The position numbers and the translations under genes are program-made. A stretch of DNA of 63,992 nucleotides, filler included, from Cladosporium halotolerans (taxonomy: Eukaryota): NCBI RefSeq assembly GCF_011745625.1. It is 5 parts of 5 records of this genome, joined end to end, with 100 filler letters (N's around TTAATTAATTAA, not from the genome) between each part and the next. Parts side by side here need not be neighbours in the genome. Positions count along the whole stretch, not along the records: positions 55,757 to 63,992 come from NW_027191616.1; 4 more parts are not named here. One strand, given 5' to 3'. Positions within the stretch are counted from its first letter, which is position 1, and every line of letters begins with the position of its first letter. Below the pieces are notes generated by a model, which was given only the letters and a program-made list of their open reading frames with translations, searched no databases and was not told the DNA's origin. Shown in pieces: positions 60,401 through 63,992 of this stretch.

Positions 60401-61370
60401 AAAGCGAGCATAAGGTGAATGCCAATGAACAACGGTAGCCACTGTTGACGAATGGATGGCAGCTAGTTGGTATTGCATATTGCGGCTCAATGCCCAAAAA
60501 GGCATCCACAGCTGACGTATGCAAGAGCTGAAGTAATGTATACTACATGATCAGAATAGAACGAAATATCATCCAAGCTGTCCGGATTTTATCCAAAATT
60601 CAGTGCTCGTTGTATGTACCAGGAATCATTTCGGGGAGCCGGCATCAGCAGCACTCGGAGGCGACATGTTTTCAATGCTCTGTTCGGCACTGTTTGGGTC
60701 GTCCTCGGATGTCGCAGTCGTCATCTGGAGGTGAAACGCTATCTGCGGACAACCTGCGGATCAGACAGAGCATGTTGAGAGGAAGGTGGCTGCCAAGACG
60801 GGCGTCTATGGAATCCCGATTCTTGCCATAATCAGGCTCTTGACACATCGATACGGTGCATAACACAAACACCCTCATTTTGAGAGACAATGACAACTAA
60901 TAGGCAACAATTTGATAGCATGAGACGGGTCATCGTACTTCGATGCAAAGTTGCGAAAGCACAGCCCTGTCAGCAAGTTTTTAGATTTTTGGAGAGCTCT
61001 TTGCACTCGCGCAGTCTACGATATGTCTACGGCGTCTCTTTTCGACCCATACAAATGTATCTGGTCTGCACGTGGTTAATGGGTTAGGGGAAGAGAAGGA
61101 TTTGCTAGCACCACAGGCGATGCTGCGATTATGCATAGATGATATTTCGAAACAGAAGAGGATGTTGGAACAATTTGATATTGAACGATCTCTCTCTCAT
61201 TGCTGAACTTGGGTTTGACAATAGCCAAGGCTGAGTCAATACCCACTTGTTGTAAACACACGGTCTGCGCGCTCAGCCGAGCAGTCAATCCCCAGCACTC
61301 TCTGCTCAGTAGTCTCGGTATCGTTCAGACGCGAGAAGCGCCCGTCCATGCTTCTTCTCTGGTTTGACCT

Positions 61371-62372
61371 TCACGGGTAGCACAAAGCTGACTCGCGTGC
61401 CTCTGCAAGGCATTGATCAAGCTCGACACGAGTTTCTATGCAAGCGGATCGTCTTCCAACGGCCCTCAACTCCTCATCGGACCAATCAATGTTTCCATCC
61501 CACTCCATCTTGACTAGTAACGGACCCTTCGTCTGCGGCTCTTCTTTATCGCAGCAGATGAACAAGTGATGGTGCATTTTGAAAGGCTCCACCTTTTGGG
61601 TATCCCGACACCTGACCAGAAATGTAGACTTCGCAGTCTCCCAGCTCATTACATACGTGTTGCTCAATGGATTGGTGACGAGGTCCAGAGATCGCATATT
61701 CGCAGGGGCAATGTCGACTTCAGGGTCGATCGACGAGTCGAGTGAAAACGCGTCTTCCAAGCCTGTGCTGAACAATGCAAAGGTTCAGTATTCCGGAGAA
61801 CCTTTTTCAGTAATTCTAGGCTTTGGCAATCTCGAGAGTACTGCAGGGTATCCATGGTATTCGACGATGGTTTCGGGGAAGATATCAACCCTTCTCAGAC
61901 TGGCCAGTTGCATTCCCACCTCGACGTTGACGGGCATTTTGCATGGAACAAAAGTCCACTCTTTGTCCTCGATCTCGAGCGCAACAAACATGATAACGGT
62001 ATCTGGAAGATCGTTCTCAGTAAAGGGGACGAATGCCCCTGTGAAAATCGGCAGCTCGGTCACCTCGTTATGTCCGCGGGGAGGCGTCTGCTCGAGGATA
62101 TGTTCAAGGCGACGAAGGAAGTGTCTCACGCAATCATCGAAGTCTTGCGCGACTGTGACCGCCGTATCGAAGATGTCTTCCTTGAGCTCTTCTAACTGCG
62201 GTCCAAAGGTGTCAGATGCGCAAGAATCCTCAGCCCCCGCACATTTGCGGAGAACGAGCGAATCGTCGATGCCTTCGAGGCAATAAAATAGAACAGGGCT
62301 GTATTCCTGGAGATAGTGACCGGACCTATGGAGCGAATCTCGAGATTCTTAAGGAACGTCCACGGTTTGCAT
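61371..62372 (-). pseudogene. Hypothetical protein with in-frame nonsense codons
   Basis: One continuous frame from ATG 62372, broken by TAA (62349) and TGA (61785). Both are single-transition changes from CAA/TGG. Confidence 0.55.
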
Positions 62373-63348
62373 GTTGGCTGTCCGAGATCGATGTAGTGTT
62401 TGTGAGTGGGTAGGAGAGGTGATGAGGGAGTGTGCAGTGATGGACAGCGCAAGTAGCGACGCCCGCCTGCGCCATGCGTGATTCCAAGCCAGACTCCCAG
62501 GGGTATTGGCATGTGTGGCTTCGAGAGACATTTGTATCGAGCGAAGTCGAGCAAGTCCAATCGGAAGGGTCTAGTTCCAACTTTGGGGATGAGTACAGAC
62601 TCCGAGGCGCAGTGGTTATACGTCCAAACTAACGTAAAAGGCACATCTCTTTAGAAAGTGATTCTAATATTATTTCTTGGACGTAAATAGCAAGCCAGAC
62701 AATTCCACCAAGTTCGAGCTAGGTCAGATACGATCGAGATGAGCCTTCGGGAGGTTCGTGTTGTCCTGATACCCTCGAGAGACCGAGGAAATGACTAGAA
62801 CTGACCTGCTTAGGGTTAATATGCCCCAGACGGCGCATCTCTCGGGGACGTTGTGTCCACACCTAGATCGATAAACGACACACTACACACAGAAATGATC
62901 AGCGATCACGTATATGACGAGACTCAAGGATTGAGCCAGTACGATTACATGCAGCATAACCTTCAGATTGATGAAGCTTATGTCGTCGGTCCAGCTAACG
63001 AACTGGCTCACTGAGGAGTTATGCGACGATAGGAACCTCATCTGTTTTTCCATTCGACGAGCCTAATTACCAACTACCAACCTAGTGTAACATCAACTTA
63101 AGCGACACGACTTTGATCGATCGGCGATGCGATGTTTTGACTTACGATGCTATTCGACAACGAGATGAACGACAAAATACAACGGCATTTTCCTTTCTTA
63201 TGTCAGGGTGAAGCATTATAATTTTGGGGTACCTTTTTACACAATGTATATCACCTGTTCATTCAAAAGTCACCCGGCCGTATAACGTCCGCTTCTCACT
63301 TTCGGCAGCCACCCTTGTCAGATAGCCAAGGCTCGATAATTATACCAT

Positions 63349-63893
63349 CTATCGCGCACGCTGAAGACATACGACATTAGCCCACCGGGAAAACCACGCA
63401 CTACCAACGTCCGCCGCCTCCCATTCCCTCCTCACACACTTTCCCTCTTCTATTTGCCCTTCAAACCTCCCCCTCAACCACTCAAGCCATTCGCTCGAAG
63501 AAGCACCGGGGGCTGGCGAATGATACAGAGCAGGATACATGCTGAGCTGCACAGGGAAGCCATCAGCATGACAAGTCGTCTTCCATGCTTCGCCCGTCAC
63601 CGTCCAAGGGACAGTATTGTCGCCGTAGGATTGTATGACTAGCATTGGCGCTTTTGCCGTGCTGCCGATTGCAGCGCCATAGTCTTTTTGAAAGCTTTGG
63701 AGTGATGGATATGTCGGCAGAGTTGAGAGGTCTTGGAAAACTTCGTTCTTTCGACAGAGGTCCAGGCCGAGGGTTCCGCCGGATTCCAGGCAAACGCCGA
63801 TCCGCTGTCCAAGGGCAATGCGTTTTTGCATGGCGGGTGTGAAAAGGTCCGAGGCGGAGCCTGGCTTGACTGCTTCCAGCGCTGCGTAGGAAA
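63349..63893 (-). pseudogene. Secretory lipase (LIP-type alpha/beta hydrolase) C-terminal part, interrupted by a TE
   Basis: PMLVIQSYGDNTVP and QLSMYPALYH..WLEWLRGRFEG carry the Asp/His catalytic motifs. The upstream frame is replaced by the TIR at 63894. Confidence 0.7.
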
Positions 63894-63992
63894 CAGAGGT
63901 GTGCATAATCAATCAATTCAAGTTTCAGGGCCCTGACTTGCTTGATTGCCAAGGACTTTTCAGATTGATTGATTGCTTACTTCACATCGACC
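63894..63992 (+). mobile_element. hAT-like terminus (TIR CAGAGGTGTGCATAATC)
   Basis: Inverted match to 55838-55854; ATCA/TGAT subterminal repeats. Confidence 0.75.

Noticed and set aside
59767..60432. 221-aa Ala/Gly/Phe-rich ORF
   Set aside because: Antisense shadow of the PAAK-repeat gene.

Overview
Fungal (filamentous ascomycete, probably Dothideomycete-like) genomic DNA. The window is a pseudo-scaffold: five contig pieces are joined by artificial 100-nt N44-TTAATTAATTAA-N44 linkers, so adjacency across the linkers is not proven. The left 11 kb holds a SesA-type gene ending in a sigma-like amyloid motif, whose start codon seems to be cut by a transposon end. It converges on an intronless 1257-aa HeLo / pseudokinase / IQ / Ssy5-like (S64) protease gene. 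Next come a flavodoxin-less FAD/NADPH reductase and a BTB-like gene. From about 11 to 53 kb lies an accessory, TE-rich island. It contains a RIP-damaged SGNH hydrolase, an orphan gene with a local paralog, GT31 and tyrosinase pseudogenes, and a non-coding block with a triplicated long hairpin. It also carries nested Tc1/mariner, hAT, pogo/Fot1 and Tad1-like LINE elements. After a protein-L-isoaspartate methyltransferase gene, an 8-kb segment sits between two outward-pointing ends of one hAT family. That segment holds GH127, C2H2+Zn2Cys6 TF, hypothetical and lipase pseudogenes, plus one intact LEA/PAAK-repeat gene. All family calls are from motif recognition by eye; no database search was run.
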